The notes beneath the pieces were generated by a model. It saw only the letters and a program-made list of their open reading frames with translations, did no database searches and was not told the origin of the DNA. Made by a program: the position numbers and the translations under genes. A stretch of 58,885 nucleotides of DNA, the filler included. It is 2 parts of 2 records of this genome, joined end to end, with 100 filler letters (N's around TTAATTAATTAA, not from the genome) between each part and the next. Parts side by side here need not be neighbours in the genome. Positions count along the whole stretch, not along the records: positions 30,402 to 58,885 come from SRR31156797_8699; 1 more part is not named here. The stretch is one strand, 5' to 3'. Of the stretch, positions 58,437 to 58,885 are shown one piece after another. Within the stretch, counting starts at the first letter, position 1; each line of letters opens with the position of its first letter.

Positions 58437-58884
58437 CTGCTTCCGCTACGGGTGCTTCTTCGGTTTCAGCGGGTGCTGCAACCTCTTCTGCGGGCTCTTC
58501 TTCAACCGGTCCGCCAACTTTGGCTACAACCAGTTTAACTTCACCGCGAACTTCGGGGTGGAGCTTAATTTCGATGTCGTACTCACCGAGGGAACGGATA
58601 GGCTCGGACAGCAGGATTTTTCTGCGGTCGATGTCGAAATCCATTTCCGCGAGAGCTTCAGCGATGTTAACTGCGGTTACAGAACCGTACAGTTTATCGC
58701 CTTCACCGACACGAACTTCAATGTTAACTTCAATTTCAGCCAGCTTGTCTTTGAGACCTTCTGCCTGAGTGCGGAGATTGTCAGCCATTTCCTGAAGCTT
58801 TCTTTTCTCAAGGTCAAACTGCTTGAGGTTAGCTTCGGAAGCGGGCATAGCCAGTCCCTGAGGAATCAGGTAGTTGCGGCCATA
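58411..58884 (-). CDS. rplI: 50S ribosomal protein L9 (5' end beyond the window)
   Basis: Frame extends upstream as YGRNYLIPQGLA; KLYGSVT, IRSLGEY, KLHPEV; acidic Ala/Glu tail. Confidence 0.97.
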   Translation of the reverse strand, partial: YGRNYLIPQGLAMPASEANLKQFDLEKRKLQEMADNLRTQAEGLKDKLAEIEVNIEVRVGEGDKLYGSVTAVNIAEALAEMDFDIDRRKILLSEPIRSLGEYDIEIKLHPEVRGEVKLVVAKVGGPVEEEPAEEVAAPAETEEAPVAEADAEAEAEA

Positions 58885-58885
58885 A

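Noticed and set aside
1-58885. tRNA, rRNA, IS elements, prophage, intein in dnaB
   Set aside because: None recognised by eye; dnaB has normal length and continuous motifs

Overview
The window is two unrelated contigs joined by an artificial 100-bp spacer (N-run with TTAATTAATTAA, 30302-30401). Part A (1-30301, AT-rich, Bacteroidota-type genes and TAnnTTTG promoters, probably a Marinilabiliales/Marinifilaceae-like organism) carries a partial beta-propeller sensor, an OmpA/lipoprotein/DUF5723 envelope operon, an LplT-like MFS plus an acyltransferase-ACP-acyl-AMP ligase fusion, yebC, an octaheme tetrathionate reductase-cytochrome b-YeeE/YeeE-rhodanese sulfur operon, an NrtR-regulated cellobiose phosphorylase locus with a visible operator, a palindromic tandem repeat, ung, a prolyl oligopeptidase, an amidinotransferase-family gene and a truncated ftsK. 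Part B (30402-58885, higher GC, Desulfovibrionaceae-like) is mostly housekeeping: fused sucCD, tRNA nucleotidyltransferase, birA, a long ppsA, dsbA-like, galE, fadL-like, tlyA, thrC, paaK, dnaB and rplI. The most unusual element is a tandem pair of proteins that appear to fuse a cyclic-nucleotide-binding domain and HTH-like segments to a FliG C-terminal (flagellar rotor torque)-like domain. Other leads are a YeeE-rhodanese with a SoxY-like GGC tail, a putative structured RNA upstream of ppsA, and a probable CC-adding enzyme. All calls come from motif recognition by eye; no searches were run.
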